Positions 28,092 to 36,558 of a DNA stretch of 37,163 nucleotides are shown here, piece by piece. The translations under genes and the position numbers were made by a program. The DNA comes from a virus (taxonomy: Duplodnaviria; Caudoviricetes): positions 1 to 37,163 of the IMG/VR virus record IMGVR_UViG_3300043112_000020, one strand, 5' to 3'. The notes below the pieces were generated by a model, which made no database searches, had not been told where the DNA came from, and saw only the letters and a list, made by a program, of their open reading frames with translations. Each line of letters begins with the position of its first letter. Position 1 is the stretch's first letter.

Positions 28092-28268
28092 TTATCGGGC
28101 TTTCCTCAGCCCTTCTTGTTTTTCGTCCCTCTCAATCGGGACGGACCTATCCGCTTCTATACGCAGCCGGACGCGCTGACCGCTCTTTTCCTCCACCGCG
28201 ACCTTAGCCTTGCCGCCTATCTTGATGGCCTCACCCGGCCGCAAATCCAAAAACAGCCTGCACGTCAC
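28092..28268 (-). CDS. CsrA/RsmA-like RNA-binding protein, 58 aa
   Basis: MTCRLFLDLRPGEAIKIGGKAKVAVEEKSGQRVRLRIEADRSVPIERDE matches the CsrA pattern (R.GE...IG..V.V....G..VRL.I.A...V.I.R.E); GGGAGG SD, GTG start. Confidence 0.85.
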   Translation of the reverse strand: MTCRLFLDLRPGEAIKIGGKAKVAVEEKSGQRVRLRIEADRSVPIERDEKQEGLRKAR

Positions 28269-28274
28269 GGTCTG

Positions 28275-29321
28275 TTACCTCCCTGCCAAATAGCGTTCCT
28301 GCTGTGCCGGTGTCATTTTCTCCAGCGCCGTTTCCAGATCCACACCGGTCAGCTTGTCCAGGTGGGCAAACTCGCTATTGTTGGCCTTCGGGTTTTCCAC
28401 ACCAGCGGCCGGCACATCGCCGAGGTTCGGGGCGTCCGGAGCCTTGGACTTGGGCTTGGCAGTTTTTTGACCCTTGTTTTTCTTGCCGCCCGCGTCGGGC
28501 TTGGGCTTTTCGGGAACAAATCCAAATGCTTTTTCCACATTGGACTTGGCCTGTTCCAGAATCTGCATATGGCCCATATTGCCGATCTCACCAGCCTGCA
28601 CCATGCGTTTCACTTCGCTGTCCAGGGCGGCAAACTTGGTCGGGTTGCTCTCCTGGGTATAATCCTTGTGCTGGGACAGGAAGACGGTGACCGCTTTGCC
28701 CCAGCGCCGATTCTCGGTCTCCTGCATGCGCTGCTGATAATCGTCCGACTTGATCTTGTCCACCTGCTCGTCATACTCGGCGGGCGACAGCTCACCATCG
28801 TTGAGTTTTTCGCGCAGGTCTTTGATCTGCTCCTGTGCCGCATCGGAGTAATCGAACGGATTGACCGGTTCTTCCTTGTCGTCGTATTCGACCGGTTCGG
28901 GATCAGCATCCCCGTCGTCAGGTTCATCTCCTTCGGGACTTTCCTCGTCGGGGTCGTCCCCATCATCGGTGTCCTGCTCTTCGCCTTCATCGTCTTCGGC
29001 ATCTTCGCCGTCGGGGTCGTCGCCCTCTTCTCCGACATCATCCCCTTCGGGAGCCCCATCCTCCCCGCCTTCATCGTCTTCGGCATCTTCGCCGTCGGGG
29101 TCGTCGCCCTCTTCTCCGACATCATCCCCTTCGGGAGCCCCATCCTCCCCGCCTTCATCGTCTTCGGCATCTTCGCCGTCTTCCTCCCCGTCATCGTCGG
29201 GCAGGTCGACCGGGGAAGCCGTGGCGGTCAGTTCAGCTTCGTCCACGTCGGCCTCGATGGCGGCGCGTTCCTCTTCCGACAAACTGGCCAATTCCTCATC
29301 GCTGTATCCGCTGGTGCTCAT
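28275..29321 (-). CDS. Acidic scaffolding protein
   Basis: Between portal and MCP; very D/E-rich; C-terminal PNLGDVPAA..EFAHLDKL.G..LE.AL.KM. Confidence 0.85.
   Translation of the reverse strand: MSTSGYSDEELASLSEEERAAIEADVDEAELTATASPVDLPDDDGEEDGEDAEDDEGGEDGAPEGDDVGEEGDDPDGEDAEDDEGGEDGAPEGDDVGEEGDDPDGEDAEDDEGEEQDTDDGDDPDEESPEGDEPDDGDADPEPVEYDDKEEPVNPFDYSDAAQEQIKDLREKLNDGELSPAEYDEQVDKIKSDDYQQRMQETENRRWGKAVTVFLSQHKDYTQESNPTKFAALDSEVKRMVQAGEIGNMGHMQILEQAKSNVEKAFGFVPEKPKPDAGGKKNKGQKTAKPKSKAPDAPNLGDVPAAGVENPKANNSEFAHLDKLTGVDLETALEKMTPAQQERYLAGR
28982..29180. repeat. Perfect 84-bp tandem repeat, about 2.4 copies, in frame within the scaffold
   Basis: Unit starts at 28982, 29066 and 29150; encodes EDAEDDEGGEDGAPEGDDVGEEGDDPDG. 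Confidence 0.95.
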
Positions 29322-29345
29322 GCTCCGTGCTCCTTTCGCTTTCCG

Positions 29346-31535
29346 TTATTGGTTGTTGTTCTGCGCAGGGATCCCCCGCGCTGCATCGTCCATAATATCG
29401 TCTGCCATGGTCCCAAGTGCCGGGGTCGCATGCAATGCCGAGGAAATCTCCAGAGCCTGCTTCATGCCGTCGAGCTTTTCGGTGAGGGCCTTGGCCATAG
29501 ATGTGTTGCCCTTACCTAAGGCTTCCTTGGCCTCGCCTTCCAGTTTTTCAAGTTCAGCCATGACTTTACGCATCTGCAGTTCCTGATCCTGCTTCTGCTG
29601 TTCGTCAAGTTCCGCCTTTTCTTCCTCGCTCAACTCTTCATCGTCTGGCCGCTGCCCGGTGATCTTGCGAACCCTTGCCACCACTTCATCACGCATCGGG
29701 ATGTCGGCCATTTCCAAAGCAATATCCAGCAAGGCCATGGCCGCCTGTGCCATACCTCCTTGCGCCAGCGCCGTGATCAGTTCCATCATTGTTTCGTACA
29801 TGGCCTGACGGACACTAGTGTGATATGCCCGCTCGTCAATAATGAAATCGGCCTTGGCCGCTGTAACCGGATTTAGAACCTCTCCACCATCGGCATTTTC
29901 GTTGATCGTTGTGTATTCCGGATTACCACGCTCGTTGGTCAGCCGGAATGTCTTTTCCTCGTCGTAATACTGCTCGACCAGGCAAAGCTGCTTCTCGCCG
30001 GAGATTTGCCGCGCCAAGCGCAGATTGTCGAACAGATCCAGCGTTGTAAGGCTGCCCTGTTCCTGCCGCCGTTCAATGGCCGCGCCACTGACAGCATTGG
30101 TCTTGCGCCCCATCAGTTCATCGGTGACGCCGGATACCTCGGAAATGTATTGCGCATCCTGGCCCATCAGATTCACATACTCTTCGGCCAGGGTTTTATC
30201 GTTGCGGATCTCCAGGTTCTTATTCGACTTTTTAAAGATGATGCCGTCCGGCCGCGCCACCTCTTCGGCCAGTTCGTCCACGTCGTCGACGGCCCCTTCA
30301 TCGGCTATGACCTGGTTGGTGGCCAGAATAAACTGCGCCTTGGAACGGGCTTTATTCAGGTCAACCTGGGGATCGCGCAGGTTGCGCACCGCACCGTAAG
30401 GGGCGTTGTCGCGCTTGCGCCGATAGCCCCAAACAGGAGTGAGTGGAAAACGGTTGTGCCAATAAGGAAGCGGTCCTTCGTGCAGTAATTCACCGTCGAA
30501 TGCCTTTTCGGTTTCCATTCCGGAGGGTGCGGTAAAGATCATGTGCCGCATCACCATCATCATGCGATTGCCGACAATGGGAGCCAGGCCGTTCTCCACG
30601 GCCCACACAAGCACTTGGTCCTGCTTGTTGTACCAACAGCCTCGAAAAGGACCGTTGCCGCCGAGAATCTGCACCACTTCAGGGTTTTTGTACCAGCACT
30701 CGACCAAACGCACACGTTGGCGCCGGGTGCCGTCGCCGTTGGGAATATTGTCGACATAAGCGGTACGCGACTCGCCCACCACGCGCAGATCGTCATCGTC
30801 CATGCCGGTCAGATAAGACTGATTCTCAGCCGCTGCCTCCAAGACCCTCTCATGCCCCTTGAACAGCATCTTGGCCACGTCCAGATCGATGGACCGGCTG
30901 CGGAACAGGAAACGGGCGTCGCTCATGTCCGGCTCGACGCTCAGGTGGTCGTAATGAACGTTGCGCCAATTCTCGTAACGCACGAACAGCTTTTCCTCTA
31001 GAGGGTTGGGGTTGATCCCCTCTTCCACCCAGCCGACCCCAGCCGATACGCCATCATCGAACGCTCGGGACCATATTGAACGCTGGCGATTAACGTCATG
31101 CACGTATTTCAGCAACTTGGTCTTGCTCTCGGCACCATCAGCATCTTCCTTGCCGCGGGGAACCACCTTGAAATCGACGCGGGTGCGCTTTTCGCTGCCG
31201 GTGATCCAGGCGATGGCCGGCTTGATCTTGTTGAACACCAGCGGCGCCTGATTGCGGTCGCGCAGGGCCTGAATTTCATCTTCGGTCCACTGAATGCCGT
31301 CGCGGAAATCCTGATCTGTTGCCATCTCGACTCGGTTGTCCGACTGATAATCACGCTCGTCGATGTAGCGACACAGCATCTGCGTGAACCGTTTTTGCAC
31401 TTCTTTCTTCTGCAAATGAGCCTTGGACCTGAGCGCCTGCGGAACAGGCTGTGCAGCCAAAAGTTCAGCCTCTTTGTCTACCCATGGCTGGCGGGCTTGG
31501 ACTGTGCGTACATTCTCGATCTGCGCTTGATTCAT
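29346..31535 (-). CDS. Portal protein (P22-like)
   Basis: DFRDGIQW..L.DRNQAPLVFNKIKP, PYGAVRNLRDPQ..LNK.RSK, NAVSGAAIERRQEQG. Confidence 0.95.
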   Translation of the reverse strand: MNQAQIENVRTVQARQPWVDKEAELLAAQPVPQALRSKAHLQKKEVQKRFTQMLCRYIDERDYQSDNRVEMATDQDFRDGIQWTEDEIQALRDRNQAPLVFNKIKPAIAWITGSEKRTRVDFKVVPRGKEDADGAESKTKLLKYVHDVNRQRSIWSRAFDDGVSAGVGWVEEGINPNPLEEKLFVRYENWRNVHYDHLSVEPDMSDARFLFRSRSIDLDVAKMLFKGHERVLEAAAENQSYLTGMDDDDLRVVGESRTAYVDNIPNGDGTRRQRVRLVECWYKNPEVVQILGGNGPFRGCWYNKQDQVLVWAVENGLAPIVGNRMMMVMRHMIFTAPSGMETEKAFDGELLHEGPLPYWHNRFPLTPVWGYRRKRDNAPYGAVRNLRDPQVDLNKARSKAQFILATNQVIADEGAVDDVDELAEEVARPDGIIFKKSNKNLEIRNDKTLAEEYVNLMGQDAQYISEVSGVTDELMGRKTNAVSGAAIERRQEQGSLTTLDLFDNLRLARQISGEKQLCLVEQYYDEEKTFRLTNERGNPEYTTINENADGGEVLNPVTAAKADFIIDERAYHTSVRQAMYETMMELITALAQGGMAQAAMALLDIALEMADIPMRDEVVARVRKITGQRPDDEELSEEEKAELDEQQKQDQELQMRKVMAELEKLEGEAKEALGKGNTSMAKALTEKLDGMKQALEISSALHATPALGTMADDIMDDAARGIPAQNNNQ

Positions 31536-31542
31536 CGTCGCC

Positions 31543-31938
31543 TCAGTTCAGAAGGTCTTGCCGGAAGGATTTGCCGTTCATTTTCCCGGTTATCTCGCCC
31601 ACTACCTGCCGCTCACGCTTCGGAGCTGCAGGAGCATGCACCAACTCGTCAAGATGGTCCTGGACGTAAAACGCGATATGGGACAAGGTAGATTCGTCTG
31701 TCGGATAATCCAGCGCCCCGGCAATGTTGCGGCAGGCCAGCAGCACCGCCATTTGATCGTTCCTGTTTTCCGGTTCGTTGTACTTCCACGCCGATTCCAG
31801 CGGAATAATGGCCGACCGCCCAAGATACCCGGGACGGTATAGAAACAGGGCTGGCTGCTCTTTATGGGGCTGTTCCGGGTCCAGAGCAAAGTGAATGATC
31901 TTGTGGGTCAAATCACCTGTCAGATTGATACCGGCCAT
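31543..31938 (-). CDS. Hypothetical phage protein, 131 aa
   Basis: Coupled ORF (TAATG) directly upstream of portal. Confidence 0.75.
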   Translation of the reverse strand: MAGINLTGDLTHKIIHFALDPEQPHKEQPALFLYRPGYLGRSAIIPLESAWKYNEPENRNDQMAVLLACRNIAGALDYPTDESTLSHIAFYVQDHLDELVHAPAAPKRERQVVGEITGKMNGKSFRQDLLN

Positions 31939-32189
31939 TAGCTATCCCTCCGCGTAAAATGCCGCCACAGGCGAACATACCAGGGCGCGACGGGCTTCTT
32001 GCAGGCCACCTTGCCCTCGCACTTGAGAACAATACGATCCCGAGAAACGATCTTTTGTACCCGCCACAAAGCGCCGTTGACCTCCCACACTTCCCCGCGC
32101 ACTACCGGAGCAGCGTCGAGTTTGCGGTGTCCCAGCAGCATTTCACGCTGCTTGGCGTCCAGGGGATTCGTGCAGCCCTTGCTTTTCAT
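31938..32189 (-). CDS. Hypothetical protein, 83 aa
   Basis: ATGA/TAATG coupling to both neighbours. Confidence 0.65.
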   Translation of the reverse strand: MKSKGCTNPLDAKQREMLLGHRKLDAAPVVRGEVWEVNGALWRVQKIVSRDRIVLKCEGKVACKKPVAPWYVRLWRHFTRRDS

Positions 32190-32812
32190 GCCAGTGCCCC
32201 CAGGTCGTTGCCGTCCTTATGCGGAAAATCGCGGTGATCGACCGTCGAACCGTTAACCATGATCCGGCTGCCAAGCTCGATACGGGCCGACAGCAGCATC
32301 TTGTCACCGCGTTTGACACCGATATAGGGCGGGTTCTGGTTGTTCAGCACGACGCGCAGGGGATCAGCAGCGGCCACAACCGCACCAGGCTCCAGGTTCT
32401 CCAACTCGGCCGGGTCAATATCAACGCTGGCAACAACTTCGACTTTGCCGAAATCCTCATACCCTTCGACCAGCGGCGCCAGGGCATGCACGGTATTACG
32501 GAACAACACGTCTTTGGCCTGTTGCTCTTTGGGCAACTGATCGAACGGAACCATGCAGGGGTGGGTCTTGGCCGTACCGTCCTTCTCTTCGCCGAATACC
32601 CAGCCGTCAGCCTCTTTCTGTGCCATCCAGCTTTCATGGCTGGCCTGCGGTCCTGCGTTAGGGTTGTCCAGATGGAACTGAACTCCCGCAATAGCGCTTT
32701 CCTTCTGCCACTTCGGAGCGTAATGCCAGCTTTTCTGGCTGTCGTCGCCCAGGGCTTGGCAGTATTCGCGGTTGGCTTCGTGGCAAATTTCGGCGATCTG
32801 TTCAACGGTCAT
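32186..32812 (-). CDS. RyR-domain protein
   Basis: IAEICHEANR.YC, SHESWM.QK..DGW.FG..KD...KTHPCMVPFDQLP.EQQ.KD. Confidence 0.85.
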   Translation of the reverse strand: MTVEQIAEICHEANREYCQALGDDSQKSWHYAPKWQKESAIAGVQFHLDNPNAGPQASHESWMAQKEADGWVFGEEKDGTAKTHPCMVPFDQLPKEQQAKDVLFRNTVHALAPLVEGYEDFGKVEVVASVDIDPAELENLEPGAVVAAADPLRVVLNNQNPPYIGVKRGDKMLLSARIELGSRIMVNGSTVDHRDFPHKDGNDLGALA

Positions 32813-33086
32813 TGGCTTTGCTCCCTTTGATATAGCCTTCGGCCAGCTTGATTGCGGCCTCCGAGTCGGTCATGTCCACTGGCACCATGACCTTAACTGT
32901 CAATACGGATTTGCGATAAAGAGCTGTCGTAAAGTGGCAATACTCAGGCGTTAAAGCCTCGTCTACTCCAACCCTAAAAGGTTTATGTCTACCCGCCGCC
33001 TCTACGGTATCCATGCGGCTATCAACCAAGTTAATCTGCCCAGCCGCGATTCCCCCGACGAACAACAGCCTTTCCATATTCGGCAT
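32802..33086 (-). CDS. Hypothetical protein, 94 aa (MPNMERLLFVGGIAAGQ...)
   Basis: AAGGGGG SD before ATG at 33086; LFVGG..G motif common in small phage proteins. Confidence 0.65.
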   Translation of the reverse strand: MPNMERLLFVGGIAAGQINLVDSRMDTVEAAGRHKPFRVGVDEALTPEYCHFTTALYRKSVLTVKVMVPVDMTDSEAAIKLAEGYIKGSKANDR

Positions 33087-33096
33087 CCTTGCCCCC

Positions 33097-33498
33097 TTAC
33101 TCGTTACACGCAATCGCGGCATTGGCCCACATGACCGCTTGCCGCACATTCAAAAGCGCCTCAGTCCGTTCAATTCCGGGCGGGCAGAACTCTTCAATGA
33201 GTGTGGCCAGTTCCTTCCCGGCTTCGCGGATCTTCTGGTAGCGCTCCACCTGGTCGCCCTTGGGGGGATGATGGGTAAACAGATTATTGAGTGCGTCGTC
33301 TCGCTTCTGTTCCCGTCTCTCTTTGGCTTTTTTCATGTGCTTATGGTGCAGCATTTCTGCAAGACCGTTATAATCGCTTGCAGTCGCTCCGAAACCACAC
33401 AGACTGCAATGGGCAGACGCTCCACCGTGCCCATATTCGGGTTCTACAACCTCAAGCAACCCTCCGCACTCAGGACAACCAAGGATCTTTTCAATCAT
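33097..33498 (-). CDS. Zn ribbon fused to an Acb2/Tad1-like helical hairpin, 133 aa
   Basis: Start reassigned to MIEKILGCPECGG (GGAGAGG SD); CPEC..CSLC, then FTHHPP..Q..RY.KIR...KELA..I...CP...ER..A......AVMWANAAIA. Confidence 0.75.
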   Translation of the reverse strand: MIEKILGCPECGGLLEVVEPEYGHGGASAHCSLCGFGATASDYNGLAEMLHHKHMKKAKERREQKRDDALNNLFTHHPPKGDQVERYQKIREAGKELATLIEEFCPPGIERTEALLNVRQAVMWANAAIACNE

Positions 33499-33511
33499 GG
33501 CTTCCTCTCCT

Positions 33512-35020
33512 TTACGCTGTCTTCCAGCTTCCCTTCTTACGCCTGCGGCTTCCTTTGGTGGCCGGCACATACCGATACCCGCGGGCCAGTGTTTCCAGTG
33601 CGTCATAACCGTGCATCGCCCAATCGTGCCGCGGGCGGTTCTTCCAGCATCCGTTGTGGTCGTCCCATTCGCGCCGGAAGTTGTCCAGACACTTGATCCC
33701 TTCGCTGCAGGACTCTTCATCGAACCAGCATGTTGGCAGGAATTGCCGCGTCTCCTGGATCGCCGTGTACTTATCGTCAATCCTGGGGACCACGACGATG
33801 TTTTGCATATTGGCGTCGGACAGGATCTGTTCAATGGTGCGCGGTTTTTCGTCGGCGCTCTTGGTGGATCCCATACGGCGCTGGCCGGCATCGTGCGGCA
33901 GAAAGTGTTGCCCCCAGATGTAACCGAGCCTTTGCATCTCCCGCCAGTAGTACAAAACGTCATCGTCGGATCCGGTCATATAGCCGATGATCCGGTTTTC
34001 CAGTCCCACCCGCTGATGGAACCAGATGCACATAAGGTCGTTGAGGCCGAAGTCCCAGGCGCTGTTAACCGGTATGCCAGGCTCATGCGGCACCGTGGTA
34101 ATGCGTACATCCTTACGAAGCTTGGCCATCTGCTTGGCCAGATAGGCCCCCTCGATGGCGGCGGCAAATGCTTCTTCGGGATAGCTGGGATGTTCTCGGG
34201 TCATATCGTCCTGCAACGTCTTGAGCTTCTCGGCGTACCAGGCTTTCTGAAACGGATCGAGCTGGACACCGGTAATCGCCTCGATCTCGGCAAAATACTT
34301 GGCCAGTTCCTTGGTAATGACCACGCCTTTCGGATTCAGCCGCTTACGAGGATCTTCCCACCAAGCGAAGAAATGCAGCTTGTACTGCAGCTTATTCGGC
34401 TTTTGCCCTGCCTGCTGCCGTTTCAAGGCCTCCATGCAGTAATCGTAAAAGTAGCCGTCGTTGCCTTCAGCGGTGCTTTCGATAAAGATCATGTTGCCGG
34501 GGTGGACTGTTTCCAGGGTGCCGGTGACAATCTCCCGGGCCTTCTCGGGGAATTTGGCGCACAGCTTGCCGAACTCGGAGATATGCACCATCTGATAGGT
34601 GCCTGAACGCAAACTTGTCCCGACCTCGATCATGGACCCGTTCCCAAACTTGAGCTTCTTCGCGCTTTCGGTATCGGCCGGACGTGCGTTTTTCAACCCA
34701 TCAGGAAGCTCGTCGTAGGGGAATTGCACCTTCTTTTCGTGGATCTTCTCCACGTCTTCCCGGGTATGGGCGTTGATACCCACCGAGTAATGATCCCGAA
34801 ACAGCGCCTGATCCAAACCGAAAATCCCCAAAAAGGTGGTGAAACCCAACTGGCGGGCCTTAAGGATCAGGTTGAGGTACCACAGGTTTTCAATGAGCGT
34901 GGTTTGCGCTGCGTTCGGCCTGAACGGGGTCTTTTTGCCGTCCTCGTTCACGCAGTAATACAGGTTGTGCAGTCTCCACATTGGAGAGCTGAAATTTTCA
35001 ATCAACTCAACGCGATTCAT
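33512..35020 (-). CDS. terL: Terminase large subunit
   Basis: ILKARQLGFTT, HISEFG, IESTAEG, WDFG.ND, FLPHDA, PRHDWAMHGYDA. Confidence 0.95.
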   Translation of the reverse strand: MNRVELIENFSSPMWRLHNLYYCVNEDGKKTPFRPNAAQTTLIENLWYLNLILKARQLGFTTFLGIFGLDQALFRDHYSVGINAHTREDVEKIHEKKVQFPYDELPDGLKNARPADTESAKKLKFGNGSMIEVGTSLRSGTYQMVHISEFGKLCAKFPEKAREIVTGTLETVHPGNMIFIESTAEGNDGYFYDYCMEALKRQQAGQKPNKLQYKLHFFAWWEDPRKRLNPKGVVITKELAKYFAEIEAITGVQLDPFQKAWYAEKLKTLQDDMTREHPSYPEEAFAAAIEGAYLAKQMAKLRKDVRITTVPHEPGIPVNSAWDFGLNDLMCIWFHQRVGLENRIIGYMTGSDDDVLYYWREMQRLGYIWGQHFLPHDAGQRRMGSTKSADEKPRTIEQILSDANMQNIVVVPRIDDKYTAIQETRQFLPTCWFDEESCSEGIKCLDNFRREWDDHNGCWKNRPRHDWAMHGYDALETLARGYRYVPATKGSRRRKKGSWKTA

Positions 35021-35643
35021 CCTCTTGAAACTTCTGTTACAAGCGCCCTTTCAATTGGCCAACCCCTTCTTATTCTGTTGCGCACGAGGTAATAATCTAG
35101 GCCGGCATTTTCTGCCAATTCGGCCAAGCTTTTTATTGCACCTCGATACTCAACCAACTTGGTTCCCCTCCTATTCCTCATTTGCTCTTTTTGGGATGCC
35201 CATCGACAATTACTTGGTGCGTAATTTCCATTCACATCAATCCGGTCAAGTGAATATTCAGAGCCGGGCTTCTCTCCCATGTCGGACAAAAAAGCCTCAA
35301 AGCTATTTCTCCACCTAGAGCAAACCTTTATGCCGCGTTCACCGTAATGCTTGAATTTCTCCGAGCCGACTCTTTCACACCGGTCAATCATTCCAGTCCA
35401 AGCCTTGTACTCGGGCGTCCCCACTCTTCCATGAACAGAGAGCCTTTCTTTGCTTTTCTCGTTTCGCAAGCAGCCGCAACTTCTTGTGTCACCGTTTCGC
35501 AAAGACTGGCCAACTATTTCCGCCCGCTCGCCACAGTCACACAGGCAAATCCAAGTTAGGTGTCCATTCCGATTTCTTTGCCCCTTCGCTACAACCAACA
35601 GCCGTCCAAACCTTTGGCCGATAAGATCAATAAGCTTGCCCAT
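35017..35643 (-). CDS. Free-standing HNH endonuclease
   Basis: GQRFGRL.V..W.C.CDCG..SCGC; YGERGIKVCSRW..F..F..DMG; SLDRIDVNGNYAPSNCRWA..Q..NRR; AT-richer than flanks. Confidence 0.9.
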   Translation of the reverse strand: MGKLIDLIGQRFGRLLVVAKGQRNRNGHLTWICLCDCGERAEIVGQSLRNGDTRSCGCLRNEKSKERLSVHGRVGTPEYKAWTGMIDRCERVGSEKFKHYGERGIKVCSRWRNSFEAFLSDMGEKPGSEYSLDRIDVNGNYAPSNCRWASQKEQMRNRRGTKLVEYRGAIKSLAELAENAGLDYYLVRNRIRRGWPIERALVTEVSRG

Positions 35644-35658
35644 TGCGAACTCCTTCGC

Positions 35659-35728
35659 CTCACAATTTCAGCAGCGGCAGCGGAGGTGAGTAGGCTCCGT
35701 TTTCGCCTGGCCAGACTAGCCGCTACTA
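35659..35728 (-). ncRNA. Putative three-way-junction cis RNA in the HNH leader
   Basis: P1 UAGUAGCGGC/GCCGCUGCUG, P2 GUCU-GGCC-AGGC, GAAAA linker, P3 CGGAG-ccuacucac-CUCCG; loop CUCAC complementary to downstream GUGAG. Confidence 0.6.
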
Positions 35729-35739
35729 TTCTTAATTTT

Positions 35740-36357
35740 TCATTCACCGTCCTTGACCAGGCTGGCATTGCGCTGCGCAACTTCGTCCAGGACGGATTCA
35801 AGGTCGGAAACCGGGCCCTGCTTCTCGTCCAAATTGAAGGCTTGACGTTCAAGCGCGATCAGGTTTTTCATGGCCGTCGACAGGTCGCGGATGGTCCCAG
35901 CATGCCCCGGGAGGGAAACGGCCCGAAGCATTTGGTTGCGGCGCTTGACGTTGCTGTCACCGGCTGTCTCATCTTCAATGGCGTCCTCGATCTCGTCGCG
36001 GTTGGTTGCGGCTTCTTCGAGTTGCCCCATAAGGAGGCCAACCAAGGTACGACCGTGATTTATGTCCTTGCGGTGAAGCCTGATAACTTCGGCCCCGCGT
36101 TCTGCAGCCGCCTCGACAACCTCGGCTTCGTTAACACTCGCGTTACCCTTGTTAACCTCTGTGTTAACCAGCTTAGCGTTAACCGCTTTTCGTACCTGGT
36201 TGCTCAGGTCGCGGTTCCACCCCTCCTTTTTGGCTTTCTTGGTGATTGCAGGAGCGGATACGCCGTATTCCCGACCGATTTCACGAATAGACAACTGGCC
36301 GGCGCGATACTCACGCTCAACGGCTTCCCAATCGATCTTTTTACGTTTATCTGCCAT
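35740..36357 (-). CDS. terS: Terminase small subunit (start reassigned to MADKRKKIDW)
   Basis: DWEAVEREYRAGQLSIREI..GVS..AI.KKAKKEGW.RDL HTH; LIALERQAFNLD. Confidence 0.88.
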   Translation of the reverse strand: MADKRKKIDWEAVEREYRAGQLSIREIGREYGVSAPAITKKAKKEGWNRDLSNQVRKAVNAKLVNTEVNKGNASVNEAEVVEAAAERGAEVIRLHRKDINHGRTLVGLLMGQLEEAATNRDEIEDAIEDETAGDSNVKRRNQMLRAVSLPGHAGTIRDLSTAMKNLIALERQAFNLDEKQGPVSDLESVLDEVAQRNASLVKDGE

Positions 36358-36367
36358 TGTCCCGCCC

Positions 36368-36412
36368 AAAAAAAAACAAAAGCCCGGCAAAAGCCTTTCG
36401 GCCTGCCGGGCT
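36368..36412 (-). terminator. Intrinsic terminator C, before terS
   Basis: AGCCCGGCA-GGCC-gaaa-GGCT-tt-TGCCGGGCT followed by TTTGTTTTTTTTT. Confidence 0.88.
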
Positions 36413-36558
36413 CCCGGTCGCATCCTCCTGGAGGACCGTGAATCACCTGTATCGTCAGTAGAGGCCTCCGCCTCTTTTCTGTCGGGGAATGGGCAGCGCT
36501 ACCAATCAGCCCGTCGACCGATCACCCCTTGCGGAGTGCATCCCCCTTCCCGTGTGAT

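Noticed and set aside
28982-29180. CRISPR-like array
   Set aside because: Head-to-tail in-frame coding repeat without unique spacers
26869-29519. 436-aa and 484-aa plus-strand ORFs opposite MCP and scaffold
   Set aside because: Shadow frames of well-supported minus-strand genes
33499-33963. N-terminal 155 aa of the 288-aa track ORF
   Set aside because: Overlaps terL out of frame; a good SD supports the start at 33498
36358-36423. Extended terS N-terminus from the track
   Set aside because: It runs through the terminator hairpin and U-tract; the HTH begins after MADKRKK
36481-36545. c-di-GMP-I (GEMM) riboswitch or tRNA remnant suggested by the GCAA hairpin and GCTGATTGGTAGCGC
   Set aside because: Lacks the GEMM AAAC and GACG[CG]AAA context; no T-arm or acceptor stem
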